Assembly: GCA_964384925.1 (NCBI GenBank)
Contig: CAYLNP010000003.1
Location: forward strand, 1-46,502
Source: an uncultured Woeseiaceae bacterium
Lineage (GTDB): Bacteria > Pseudomonadota > Gammaproteobacteria > Steroidobacterales > PWYM01
DNA length: 46,502 nucleotides
Reading direction: 5' to 3'
Below the pieces are notes generated by a model. That model had not been told where the DNA came from. It saw only the letters and a list, made by a program, of their open reading frames with translations, and did not search any database. This document shows positions 38,707 to 46,502 of the stretch, in pieces; the stretch's first letter is position 1, and every line of letters begins with the position of its first letter. A program made the position numbers and the translations under genes.

Positions 38707-38735
38707 AACATAAATACAGGACGGTAGAAATGCAA
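38707..38735 (-). promoter_or_regulatory. candidate sigma-70 promoter for the lipoprotein pair
   Basis: The minus strand reads TTGCAT-N17-TATGTT (complement of 38730-38735 and 38707-38712), in the only AT-rich stretch upstream of lipoprotein A. Confidence 0.3.
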
Positions 38736-38829
38736 ATCCTGCGTGTGAAACTGACCATTTCGGCAGCGCCGCAGTTCCCCGGGTCGGGCCGATGGCGCGG
38801 GCACCGTCGCCCAACGGGGTGCGTCGGGC

Positions 38830-38857
38830 CTTGAAAAAAATCCGGATATCCCCAGAT
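38830..38857 (+). promoter_or_regulatory. sigma-32 (RpoH) heat-shock promoter upstream of hsp20
   Basis: CTTGAAA (38830-38836), a 13-nt spacer, then CCCCAGAT (38850-38857), against the E. coli sigma-32 consensus CTTGAAA-N13/14-CCCCATnT. It lies about 64 nt upstream of the small heat-shock gene ATG. Confidence 0.6.
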
Positions 38858-38920
38858 ACAGGGTATGGCAGAGTGGTTCTGCCGCATGCAACAGAGCGTT
38901 GATTTCGGAGGTAAGTCATC

Positions 38921-39364
38921 ATGAGTATTGTGCGTTACGAGCCGTTCGAAGCGATGAACGATCTGCAGGAGCGCCTGCAGCGCATGTTCGAAGGCCTGCC
39001 GCGTCAGGACCGTGACGAAAGCAGTGCGGCGACCGCGGATTGGGTCCCGGCTGTCGACATCCAGGAGTTCGCTGACCGTTTTGTGCTGTTTGTCGACCTG
39101 CCGGGCGTGAATCCCGAGTCGGTGGACCTCACGCTGGACCAGGGCGTTCTGACCCTCAGCGGCCAGCGCGAGAAGCAGGCGGTCGGCGATGAGCTTGTGC
39201 GCGAGCGCCGCGAACGCGGACTCGGGCGGTTTCATCGGCGTTTCATTCTGCCCGACACGGCCGACGCCGATGGTGTCAAGGCCAACGGCCGCCTGGGCGT
39301 GCTGGAGATCCAGATCCCGAAGCAGGCCAAGGCGCAGCCGCGCCGCATCCAGGTAGCGGCCTGA
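38921..39364 (+). CDS. Hsp20/alpha-crystallin family small heat-shock protein
   Basis: MSIVRYEPFEAMNDLQERLQRMF, alpha-crystallin core WVPAVDIQEFADRFVLFVDLPGV...LTLSGQRE...GRFHRRFILPD...GVLEIQIPK. GGAGG lies 9 nt upstream. Confidence 0.92.
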   Translation: MSIVRYEPFEAMNDLQERLQRMFEGLPRQDRDESSAATADWVPAVDIQEFADRFVLFVDLPGVNPESVDLTLDQGVLTLSGQREKQAVGDELVRERRERGLGRFHRRFILPDTADADGVKANGRLGVLEIQIPKQAKAQPRRIQVAA

Positions 39365-39397
39365 CGCCTTCCCCGAGGGCGGATCTGGCGCGAGACC

Positions 39398-39428
39398 GAC
39401 GGGGCCCTGGTGGCCCCGTCTTTCGTAT
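39398..39428 (+). terminator. Rho-independent terminator downstream of hsp20
   Basis: GACGGGGCC-ctggt-GGCCCCGTC (perfect 9-bp stem) followed by TTTCGT. Confidence 0.7.
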
Positions 39429-39554
39429 CCGCGGTGGCTGCGGTGAGTGCCGATAAGGCTTGCGGTATAGTGCCTCCCGTCCGCCGGCGGGCCTCTGGTT
39501 GGCTTGGGCCGGCCACCCTGGGGACGCGAAGGAAAACCTGACGATGGAGCGAGC

Positions 39555-41336
39555 ATGAGCTACACCGCCCCGATCAAGGACATGCGGTTCGTAATCAACG
39601 AGCTGGCCGGACTGTCCGACATCAATCAGCTGCCCGATTTCGACATGGCGACGCCTGACCTCGTAGACGCGATCCTCGAGGAGGCGGGACGTTTGGCTTC
39701 GGAGGTCCTCGCACCGACCAACTGGGTGGGCGATCGGAAGGGCACGCGCGTGGAGAACGACGCTGTCGTCGTGCCCGAGGAATTCCATGGGGCGTACCGC
39801 CAGTTCATCGACGGCGGCTGGCCGGCACTGCCGTGCAATCCCGAGTTCGGCGGCCAGGGGCTGCCGCATGTCGTGGCTACCGCGGTCATGGAGATGTGGA
39901 AGAGCGCCAATCTTGCCTTTTCACTGTGTCCGATGCTCACGCACGGCGCCATCGAGGCGCTGGAGGCACACGGCACGGAGGTGCTGCGCAAGACCTACCT
40001 GCCGAAGCTGATCAGTGGTGAGTGGACGGGCACCATGAACCTGACCGAACCCCAGGCGGGCTCGGATCTTGCCGCGATCACCACCAAGGCGGTGCCCGAT
40101 GGCGACCACTACCTCATCAGCGGCCGCAAGATATTCATCACCTGGGGCGATCACGACCTGACCGACAACGTTGTGCACCTGGTGCTGGCCCGTATCGAAG
40201 GCGCCCCAGCCGGCGTGCGGGGAATTTCGCTGTTCCTGGTACCGAAGTTTCTGCTCGGCCCGGATGGCGCACCGGCCGAGCGCAATGATGTGTATCCCGC
40301 CTCGGTGGAGCACAAGCTGGGCATCCATGGCAGCCCGACCTGCGTCATGAGCTATGGCGACAAGGGTGGCGCGATCGGCTATCTCGTGGGTCAGGAAAAC
40401 AAGGGGCTGGCGTGCATGTTCACGATGATGAACCACGCGCGCCTGGCCGTAGGGGTCGAGGGGCTGTCGGTCTCCGAGGCTGCCTACCAGCGTGCGCTCA
40501 CCCACGCGCGCGATCGCGTGCAGGGCAGTGTGCCAGGCACTGACGGCCGCGCCGCGATCATCGGTCACGCCGACGTGCGTCGGATGTTGCTGACGATGAA
40601 GGCGAACGTCGAGGCGATGCGGGCACTGGCCTATGTGGCATCGGCCTCGCTGGACTATTCCCACCATGCCGACGATGCGGATACGCAGGCCCGGCATCAG
40701 GCGCGTATCGATCTGCTGACGCCGGTGGTCAAGGGCTGGAGCACGGAACTGGGCCAGGAGATGACCTCGCTTGCGCTCCAGGTGCACGGGGGCATGGGCT
40801 ACGTTGAAGAGACCGGCGTCGCCCAGTTCATGCGCGATGCACGCATCACCACGATCTACGAGGGCACGACGGGCATCCAGGCCAATGATCTGGCCGGACG
40901 CAAGGTGTTGCGAGACGGTGGGCGTGCGATGGCGGAGCTCGTTGCCGATATGCATGCCACCGTGCCGGGTCTGGTGGAGGCGGGCGGTCACTTTGCGGTC
41001 ATGGCGCAGCGGCTGGAGGCTGGCATAGGTGCGCTCGAGCAGGCCACCGCATGGCTGTTGGAACACGGCAACAGCGATCCGCACGCCATGGGGTCGGCCG
41101 GGGTGAACCTGATGATGCTGACCGGCACCGTGCTTGGTGGCTGGCTGCTCGCGCGGGGTGCCCTGGCTGCGCGCGCGCGATTGGCGGCAGGGGATGGCGA
41201 CCGCGATTTCCTTGAGGCAAAACAGCTCACTGCCAGGTTCTATGCCGAGCACCTGATGCCGCGCGCCGGTACCTGCCTCCAGGCAATCCTGGCAGGCAGC
41301 GAGTCGCTGATGGCGCTGCGTGACGAGCAGTTCTAG
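39555..41336 (+). CDS. long-type acyl-CoA dehydrogenase (with C-terminal extension domain)
   Basis: MSYTAPIKDMRFVINELAG..., GGQGLP, TEPQAGSDL, ISGRKIFITWGDHD, GIHGSPTC and YEGTTGIQANDL are characteristic of the roughly 595-aa acyl-CoA dehydrogenase class. ATG 39555 is used rather than the ORF-track 39504. Confidence 0.9.
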   Translation: MSYTAPIKDMRFVINELAGLSDINQLPDFDMATPDLVDAILEEAGRLASEVLAPTNWVGDRKGTRVENDAVVVPEEFHGAYRQFIDGGWPALPCNPEFGGQGLPHVVATAVMEMWKSANLAFSLCPMLTHGAIEALEAHGTEVLRKTYLPKLISGEWTGTMNLTEPQAGSDLAAITTKAVPDGDHYLISGRKIFITWGDHDLTDNVVHLVLARIEGAPAGVRGISLFLVPKFLLGPDGAPAERNDVYPASVEHKLGIHGSPTCVMSYGDKGGAIGYLVGQENKGLACMFTMMNHARLAVGVEGLSVSEAAYQRALTHARDRVQGSVPGTDGRAAIIGHADVRRMLLTMKANVEAMRALAYVASASLDYSHHADDADTQARHQARIDLLTPVVKGWSTELGQEMTSLALQVHGGMGYVEETGVAQFMRDARITTIYEGTTGIQANDLAGRKVLRDGGRAMAELVADMHATVPGLVEAGGHFAVMAQRLEAGIGALEQATAWLLEHGNSDPHAMGSAGVNLMMLTGTVLGGWLLARGALAARARLAAGDGDRDFLEAKQLTARFYAEHLMPRAGTCLQAILAGSESLMALRDEQF

Positions 41337-41989
41337 CGCTCAGATCCCTGCAGTTCGATTAGCGGAGCGCTGGCGCTGAGCTCGAAAGCCTCGTGCGCTT
41401 CGCCCTGATCGATGGAAACGCGCATTGGACTGGTTGCCGGAAAACTCGTGAACACCTGCACGGCAATGCCGTCCAGGGCGTCCGGGCGATTGCAGCGATA
41501 GCGGTAGACTGCGCGAACATCCGCACCGTGTGTTGAGGATGGATCGGCGTGAGGTGCAGCGGCTGGCATCCCGCCTCGCTCAAGGGCCGGCCGGCCCCCG
41601 AGTGGTACATCACGCTCCCGCAGGCGTTCCAGTGCCTGGCCTGGTGCAGTGGTACCGGCCTGACCGATGGCCTCGAGCACCGCTCCGCCAAGTACGACCT
41701 CCAGTACGCGACAGCCGGCCGCGGGCGGGAGTCGGAACATGGTGCCGGCGTCGCGTAGCAATGCAGCACCGCTGACCGCGAGCTGTCGTTGCTGGTCGTC
41801 TGCGGGCACGCCGGCGAATCCGAAGAAGCGTGCCGAGGCGCCCTGCAGCGCCAGTTCGAGCTCACCGTCAATGAGGCCGACGTGCAGGCTGCTTTCGCCG
41901 TCTACGGGTTCCTCATCGAGCACTGCGGGGGCGGCTACGGCCTTCGCCGAGAGCATCACCAGCAGCGATAGCCCGGCGAGCCGTCGCAT
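41333..41989 (-). CDS. DUF2796 (ZrgA-like) domain protein, histidine-depleted
   Basis: Signal peptide MRRLAGLSLLVMLSAKAVA. Pattern LHVGLIDGELELALQGASARFFGFAG ... AAGCRVLEV ... VRAVYRYRCNRPDALDGIAVQVFTSFPATSPMRVSI matches my recollection of the DUF2796 layout, but without the usual His clusters. The ATG directly abuts the folE stop. Confidence 0.55.
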   Translation of the reverse strand: MRRLAGLSLLVMLSAKAVAAPAVLDEEPVDGESSLHVGLIDGELELALQGASARFFGFAGVPADDQQRQLAVSGAALLRDAGTMFRLPPAAGCRVLEVVLGGAVLEAIGQAGTTAPGQALERLRERDVPLGGRPALERGGMPAAAPHADPSSTHGADVRAVYRYRCNRPDALDGIAVQVFTSFPATSPMRVSIDQGEAHEAFELSASAPLIELQGSER

Positions 41990-42601
41990 TCAGCCCAGGC
42001 GCGCCCGGCCGACGTTGGTGAGAAACTCCGCGCGTGTGCGCGCATCTTCGCGGAACGCCCCGAGCATCTGGCTGGTGACCATCGACACGCCGGTCTTGTG
42101 TACGCCACGCGTGGTCATGCATTGATGGGAAGCCTCGATGACTACGCCAACGCCCTTGGGCTTGAGCACCTCCTGGATACACGTGGCAATCTGTGCCGTG
42201 AGCTTCTCCTGCACCTGAAAGCGACGCGCGAATGCATCGACGACGCGCGCTAGTTTGCTGATGCCGACAACCTTGTTGGTTGGCAGGTAGCCCACGTGGG
42301 CATGCCCGATGATCGGCGCCAGGTGATGTTCGCAATGCGATTCGAAGGTGATGTCACGCAGCACGATCATCTCGTCGTAGCCTTCGACTTCCTCGAACGT
42401 GCGCGACAGAAAGTCGACGGGATCCTGCTCATAGCCGCCGAACCAGTCGCGATACGCACGCACCACACGGTCCGGCGTATCCAGCAGGCCCTCGCGCTGC
42501 GGATCATCACCCGCCCAGCGCAGCAGGGTACGCACGGCCTCGCGCGCCTCTTCTTCAGTAGGTTTGTCACCATTCACGTCGACTGTCCAGCTCCTTGCCA
42601 C
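41990..42601 (-). CDS. folE: GTP cyclohydrolase I (type IA, FolE)
   Basis: [20 protein letters not shown], zinc/catalytic motifs SHCEHHLAP and [18 protein letters not shown] lies 6 nt upstream of GTG 42601; the ORF track starts at TTG 42637. Confidence 0.9.
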   Translation of the reverse strand: MARSWTVDVNGDKPTEEEAREAVRTLLRWAGDDPQREGLLDTPDRVVRAYRDWFGGYEQDPVDFLSRTFEEVEGYDEMIVLRDITFESHCEHHLAPIIGHAHVGYLPTNKVVGISKLARVVDAFARRFQVQEKLTAQIATCIQEVLKPKGVGVVIEASHQCMTTRGVHKTGVSMVTSQMLGAFREDARTRAEFLTNVGRARLG

Positions 42602-42812
42602 GGCACGCCCTCCCTTGCCTTCGCCCTTGCGCCCCAACTGCCCTGTCGGAGGCAGCCAACAGTGCCAGCCGCGACCCGGGGCGTCAACGACGCTCGATAC
42701 CGGTGTTTAGCGGCACCACTGATTACGCGGTTCGGCCAGTGATGGATTCAGCCACCTGCCTCGGCGCTTCAGATCCGTGGCAGAATGCGCGCCCAGACAT
42801 CGGGAGGCGCGC

Positions 42813-43853
42813 ATGGGTATGTTGATCGACTGGGCCGAACGCGGCGTGATTCCGGACCCGCTGCTGCGACTGGCGATGCGGCGACTGATGGCGGCCCGTC
42901 TGCGCAGCGAGGCGCTCGACGACGTGGAGGCGCGCCATCAGCAGTTTCAGCATCGCCTGGCGGATCTGCGCGAAGGTCCCCTGGCACTGCATACCGATGC
43001 CGCCAACGAACAGCACTACGAGGTACCGGCCGAGTTTTTCCGCCGCGTGCTGGGCAGGCACCTCAAATACAGCTGTTGTCTGTGGCGGCCCGGCGTGAAC
43101 TCACTCGACGAGGCGGAAGCCGCGATGCTGGCGCTGAGCTGTGAGCGCGCAGGACTCAGCGACGGCCAGGATGTGCTCGAGCTGGGGTGTGGCTGGGGAT
43201 CGGTGTCGTTGTGGATGGCCGGACAGTATCCGCACAGCCGCATCACGGCTGTGTCGAATTCAGCGAGTCAGCGCGAGTACATCATGTCTCAGGCGCGCGA
43301 GCGCGGATTGAACAATCTGCAGGTGATCACCGCGGACATGAACGACTTCGCGACCGATCAGCAGTTCGACCGCGTGGTGTCCGTGGAAATGTTCGAGCAC
43401 ATGCGCAACTACCGCGAGCTGCTGCACCGAATCCGTGGCTGGCTTCGCCCCGGCGGTCAGTTGTTCGTCCATATCTTCTGTCACCGAGAATTTCTGTATC
43501 CGTTCGAAACCGAGGGTGAATACGACTGGATGGCCCAGCATTTCTTCACCGGCGGTGTAATGCCGGCTGAATCGATGCTGGCCTATTTCCAGGACGATCT
43601 GTCACTGCTGCGTCAGTGGCGTGTGGATGGCCGTCACTACGAGCGAACCTCGAATGCGTGGCTGGCGAGACTGGATACGTCGCGCGCCGAGCTGCTGCAG
43701 GTTTTCGCCGATGTCTATGGCGAACGCGACGCAGCCCGGTGGCTGCAACGCTGGCGAATGTTCTTTCTCGCTGTCGCAGAACTTTTCGGCTACGCCGGCG
43801 GTCGCGAATGGTACGTCGCCCACTACCTGTTCCAGCGGCGCGAAGCGGACTGA
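42813..43853 (+). CDS. cyclopropane-fatty-acyl-phospholipid synthase family SAM-dependent methyltransferase
   Basis: HYEVPAEFFRRVLGRHLKYSCCLW, SAM motif I VLELGCGWGS, and MFEHMRNY. GGGAGG lies 5 nt upstream of ATG 42813. Confidence 0.85.
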   Translation: MGMLIDWAERGVIPDPLLRLAMRRLMAARLRSEALDDVEARHQQFQHRLADLREGPLALHTDAANEQHYEVPAEFFRRVLGRHLKYSCCLWRPGVNSLDEAEAAMLALSCERAGLSDGQDVLELGCGWGSVSLWMAGQYPHSRITAVSNSASQREYIMSQARERGLNNLQVITADMNDFATDQQFDRVVSVEMFEHMRNYRELLHRIRGWLRPGGQLFVHIFCHREFLYPFETEGEYDWMAQHFFTGGVMPAESMLAYFQDDLSLLRQWRVDGRHYERTSNAWLARLDTSRAELLQVFADVYGERDAARWLQRWRMFFLAVAELFGYAGGREWYVAHYLFQRREAD

Positions 43854-43891
43854 GGGCCAGATCGGCGCGCCCGCAGCGCAGAAACGCAACC

Positions 43892-43923
43892 ACAAAAGAA
43901 AAGGGGCCGGATCGACCGGCCCC
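43892..43923 (-). terminator. Rho-independent terminator downstream of the HiPIP gene
   Basis: On the minus strand: GGGGCCGG-tcgat-CCGGCCCC (perfect 8-bp stem, 43903-43910/43916-43923) followed by TTTTCTTTTG. Confidence 0.7.
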
Positions 43924-43968
43924 TGGACTCAATGGTGTGAGGCTGACCACGCAGCCCCGAGGGTGCTC

Positions 43969-44298
43969 TCAGCTCTTGGGCACCCAGGCGCTGCACCACC
44001 CCTCGTTGGCCACCAGCTTGCCGGGGAAAATCGCGCACGGACGCCAGCTCGCTCCATCGTCGCCGGAAATCAGGTTGCAGTTGCTGCAGGCCTGACCGGC
44101 CTCGTAGCGAGGAAATTTACCGGTGTCTACATTCGCCGCGTCATGCACATAGCCCAGCGCGACGGCGGCAGGGTCTTCCAGCGTCAGACGCGGCAGCTCC
44201 TGGGCTGCGGCCGGGGCGCTGCGAAGGACTGCAGTGCCGACAGGAATGACGGCTGCCCCGACGGCGGCGGCCTTGAGAAAATCACGACGTGTATTCAT
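43969..44298 (-). CDS. high-potential iron-sulfur protein (HiPIP) with Tat signal
   Basis: Twin-arginine signal MNTRRDFLKAAAVGAAV. Four-Cys cluster pattern CSNC...WRPCAIFPGKLVANEGWCSAW. Confidence 0.85.
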   Translation of the reverse strand: MNTRRDFLKAAAVGAAVIPVGTAVLRSAPAAAQELPRLTLEDPAAVALGYVHDAANVDTGKFPRYEAGQACSNCNLISGDDGASWRPCAIFPGKLVANEGWCSAWVPKS

Positions 44299-44449
44299 GG
44301 TTCAAGCTCCGTTGCGTTGTTGCCCCTCCACGGGCACCAGTGAGGTCCACTGATATGGACGCAAGTATATCCCGATGCATTCGCGCTGACATCCCCACCT
44401 GCCGCAGTGTGGACCGGTCACGCAGACCCGCTGCAGGTTCAGCCCTGGT

Positions 44450-45058
44450 TCAGCTTGCGCGCTGTGGTGACCAGTACGCGTGCAGGGCCACTGCGGACTG
44501 CGCGATCATGTCCAGGCCCTCGTTGGTCCAGAACAGCTCGGTGGGCCCGCTGACCTCAGCCTCGAACTGGTCCTGCTCGACTGCATGGGCAAGAATGGGC
44601 AGCACCAGCAGCGCGTCTTCACGCGAGTCGAACAGCGGCTGCCAGCCGTCGCGGTCCAGCAATGTGCCGCGGATGAATCCCTCGCACCAGAACTCGGGCA
44701 ACACCACATCTTCGTCGTCTTCTTCGGCAGCGGCGTGAATGGGCTCGAATCCGGCCGGGTCTTCCGCAAGCTCCAGCGCGATCGAATTGAGCAGACGGAA
44801 GACCAGGTTCATGATCCGCTGGGCCTGGGCTTCGGAGTCGAACAGAGAAACGTCTGCTTCGACGTCGCCCCATATCCGCGACAGCCAAAGCTCCGCAGCC
44901 GGCTGGGAGGGGCCCACGACGATCGCAGTCAGGAAGCCGTGCAGCGTCGACAACGGCATGGTGTCTTCGGGCAGTGCATCGGAGTTCAGATAGTTCTCGA
45001 GTTCATCGAGTTCTTCCTCATCCAGGGGCACGGCAAGGTCGGGCGGATGGCTGCTCAT
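44450..45058 (-). CDS. UPF0149 (YgfB/YecA N-terminal-like) family protein
   Basis: Acidic protein with LDEEELDELENYLNSDALPEDTMPLSTLHGFLTAIVVGP typical of UPF0149. ATG 45058 is used; the ORF-track 45223 extension has no support. Confidence 0.7.
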   Translation of the reverse strand: MSSHPPDLAVPLDEEELDELENYLNSDALPEDTMPLSTLHGFLTAIVVGPSQPAAELWLSRIWGDVEADVSLFDSEAQAQRIMNLVFRLLNSIALELAEDPAGFEPIHAAAEEDDEDVVLPEFWCEGFIRGTLLDRDGWQPLFDSREDALLVLPILAHAVEQDQFEAEVSGPTELFWTNEGLDMIAQSAVALHAYWSPQRAS

Positions 45059-45213
45059 GGCGCGCTCTTGATCGTGGTGTACGAAGTCTCCGAACGGTAG
45101 CACGCCGGGCACGCGCTGTCCCGGCAGATCTGGCGGTGCACCTGCGCGTGACGGAATACTGCGCTCGAGCGCATCATCTACAATGCAGCAGATCGAACCG
45201 CACGGCGATTGCA

Positions 45214-46041
45214 ATGAAACCACCCGCCAGGCAACAGGATGTCAATGGCTTGCCAGTCACCCGCCAGTGGTGGTTGCCACAGCGTGTCCCCGTGGGCCAG
45301 ACGCTGCACTGTCAGCTTGGCGCGCTGACGCTGGCGGTGCATCACGGCAAGGGGGAGTGGCAGCTCGCGAGTCAGTACGTCGAGGAAGCTGATGCCCCGG
45401 AGGTGGCGGCGTTACTGCTGCGCGACGGTGCTCCGGAAGATGGCAATCTGGAGCGCTTTCTCTACGCCGAGTCGAGCGCTGCGCTGGTGTTCACACCGCT
45501 GCTGGCAGATCGTTCCGTAGTGATCCGGCCGCGCCAGCCTGTCTATCTGCCGTCCGGCCAGGAAACCACCATGTACCTGTCCACGCCGGCAACGCTGCGG
45601 ATCTCGATAGACGAGCCGCGCGTGACGCTCAGGGAGTTGCCGATGCTGCCTCTGTCGGATACCTGGTTCGGCCCCTCCACGCGCGAGGGTGAGCTGTGTT
45701 ATGCAGGCAGGACCCATGCCCGGCATGAACTCGACGAGGTGCCGCGACGGGTGCATCGTGTGATCACGCCGTTGACCATCCGCAACGCAGCACCAACGGT
45801 ATTGCCGCTCGAGAAGGTGAATCTGCCGGTCCCGCTGCTGTCGGTGTATGGCGATGTCGCCGGACGGCTGTGGACGCAGGGCGTATCGCTGCAGCGGGGC
45901 AGTGACTCCGATATGGCCGCACTGCAGATCGACGCGGCCCCGCCGGCGGAGGCGGGAGACGTCAGCCTGCTCTCAGGCCCCCGCCAGACGCAGTCCCGGG
46001 TGGCCCTGGTACGCGCCTTCAGTCTGCTGTTCGGAGACTAG
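45214..46041 (+). CDS. hypothetical protein (275 aa), family not recognised
   Basis: Reasonable composition and GC3-rich codons. The stop TAG (46039-46041) is 2 nt before the MscS ATG. The ORF-track start at 44974 overlaps the divergent UPF0149 gene, so ATG 45214 is used. Confidence 0.55.
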   Translation: MKPPARQQDVNGLPVTRQWWLPQRVPVGQTLHCQLGALTLAVHHGKGEWQLASQYVEEADAPEVAALLLRDGAPEDGNLERFLYAESSAALVFTPLLADRSVVIRPRQPVYLPSGQETTMYLSTPATLRISIDEPRVTLRELPMLPLSDTWFGPSTREGELCYAGRTHARHELDEVPRRVHRVITPLTIRNAAPTVLPLEKVNLPVPLLSVYGDVAGRLWTQGVSLQRGSDSDMAALQIDAAPPAEAGDVSLLSGPRQTQSRVALVRAFSLLFGD

Positions 46042-46043
46042 CG

Positions 46044-46502
46044 ATGCTCGACACGCTGCTGGGTATTTTCGCTGCGGAGCGTGCGGCAGCGTTTTTTCGA
46101 GCCGGCTTGCTGCTGGCGCTGGGGGTGCTGTTTGCTGCGCTGGCGTCCCGGCTGGTGCTGCGTATGGGGGGCAGGCGCCTGTCCCAGCATCACCTCCAGC
46201 TGATGCGGCGCCTGGCCTTCTACGCCATCCTGGCGTTGTTCGTTGCCTCGGCCTTGCGCGAACTTGGCTTCAGCCTCGCCGTGCTGATGGGAGCGGCGGG
46301 CGTACTGACGGTGGCCATTGGCTTTGCTTCGCAAACCTCTGCCTCCAACCTGATCAGCGGGCTGTTCCTGATCGGCGAGCGGCCGTTCTCGGTGGGCGAC
46401 ATCATCCAGATCGGCACGACGACAGGTGAAGTGCTGTCCATCGATGCCCTGTCGGTGAAGCTGCGCACCTTCGATAACCTGTTCGTGCGCATTCCCAACG
46501 AG
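46044..46502 (+). CDS. mechanosensitive ion channel (MscS family), 5' part, runs off the right edge
   Basis: Not in the ORF track because it has no stop. My translation from ATG 46044: MLDTLLGIFAAERAAAFFRAGLLLALGVLF...GAAGVLTVAIGFASQTSASNLISGLFLIGERPFSVGDIIQIGTTTGEVLSIDALSVKLRTFDNLFVRIPNE. This is the canonical MscS TM3/beta-domain motif. Confidence 0.85.
   Translation, partial: MLDTLLGIFAAERAAAFFRAGLLLALGVLFAALASRLVLRMGGRRLSQHHLQLMRRLAFYAILALFVASALRELGFSLAVLMGAAGVLTVAIGFASQTSASNLISGLFLIGERPFSVGDIIQIGTTTGEVLSIDALSVKLRTFDNLFVRIPNE

Noticed and set aside
38900-38920. ROSE-like RNA thermometer masking the hsp20 ribosome-binding site.
   Set aside because: The only hairpin I can draw around the SD (UGAUUU/AAGUCA) places GGAGG in the loop rather than the stem, and I found no U(U/C)GCU anti-SD element. 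It is kept only as a structural note in the findings.
45059-45213. 6S RNA (ssrS) or zapA, which commonly lie near ygfB/UPF0149-type genes in gammaproteobacteria.
   Set aside because: The gap is only 155 nt. It shows no long, extensively paired structure with a central bubble, and it is followed directly by a protein-coding gene. No support.

Overview
Visibly GC-rich, gene-dense chromosomal segment of gammaproteobacterial type; composition was judged by eye, not computed. I support about 45 protein-coding genes, and nearly all are housekeeping or envelope functions. In order: class II aldolase + GntP permease; SRP (4.5S) RNA-dnaX-ybaB-recR; HIT; rsgA/orn; DUF938; MAPEG; Sel1-like and SH3 envelope proteins; a matrixin-type metalloprotease; a PAS-MCP chemoreceptor; ppsA/ppsR; pgm; DUF1249; an MdtABC-like RND efflux operon with two tandem permeases; prc; dps; an AI-2E transporter; murI; hsp20 behind a sigma-32-type promoter; acyl-CoA dehydrogenase; folE; a CFA-synthase-family methyltransferase; HiPIP; UPF0149; and a partial MscS channel. 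I saw no transposase, integrase, CRISPR array, tRNA/rRNA, or obvious island boundary, so this looks like core genome rather than an accessory region. The best candidate for an undescribed system is a two-gene module at 33356-36187 (-): a Ycf46-like AAA+ ATPase followed by a long coiled-coil protein ending in an FHA (phosphothreonine-binding) domain, with no kinase or phosphatase in the window. Other points worth a second look: (1) one in-frame TAG splits a PAS-MCP receptor into two ORFs; (2) a Tat-signal nitrilase-fold protein appears to have lost all three catalytic residues; (3) a histidine-depleted DUF2796/ZrgA-like protein abuts folE; (4) two tandem unassignable lipoproteins; (5) several intergenic palindromes. 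All family assignments come from reading the translated ORFs and recognising motifs. No database search was run.
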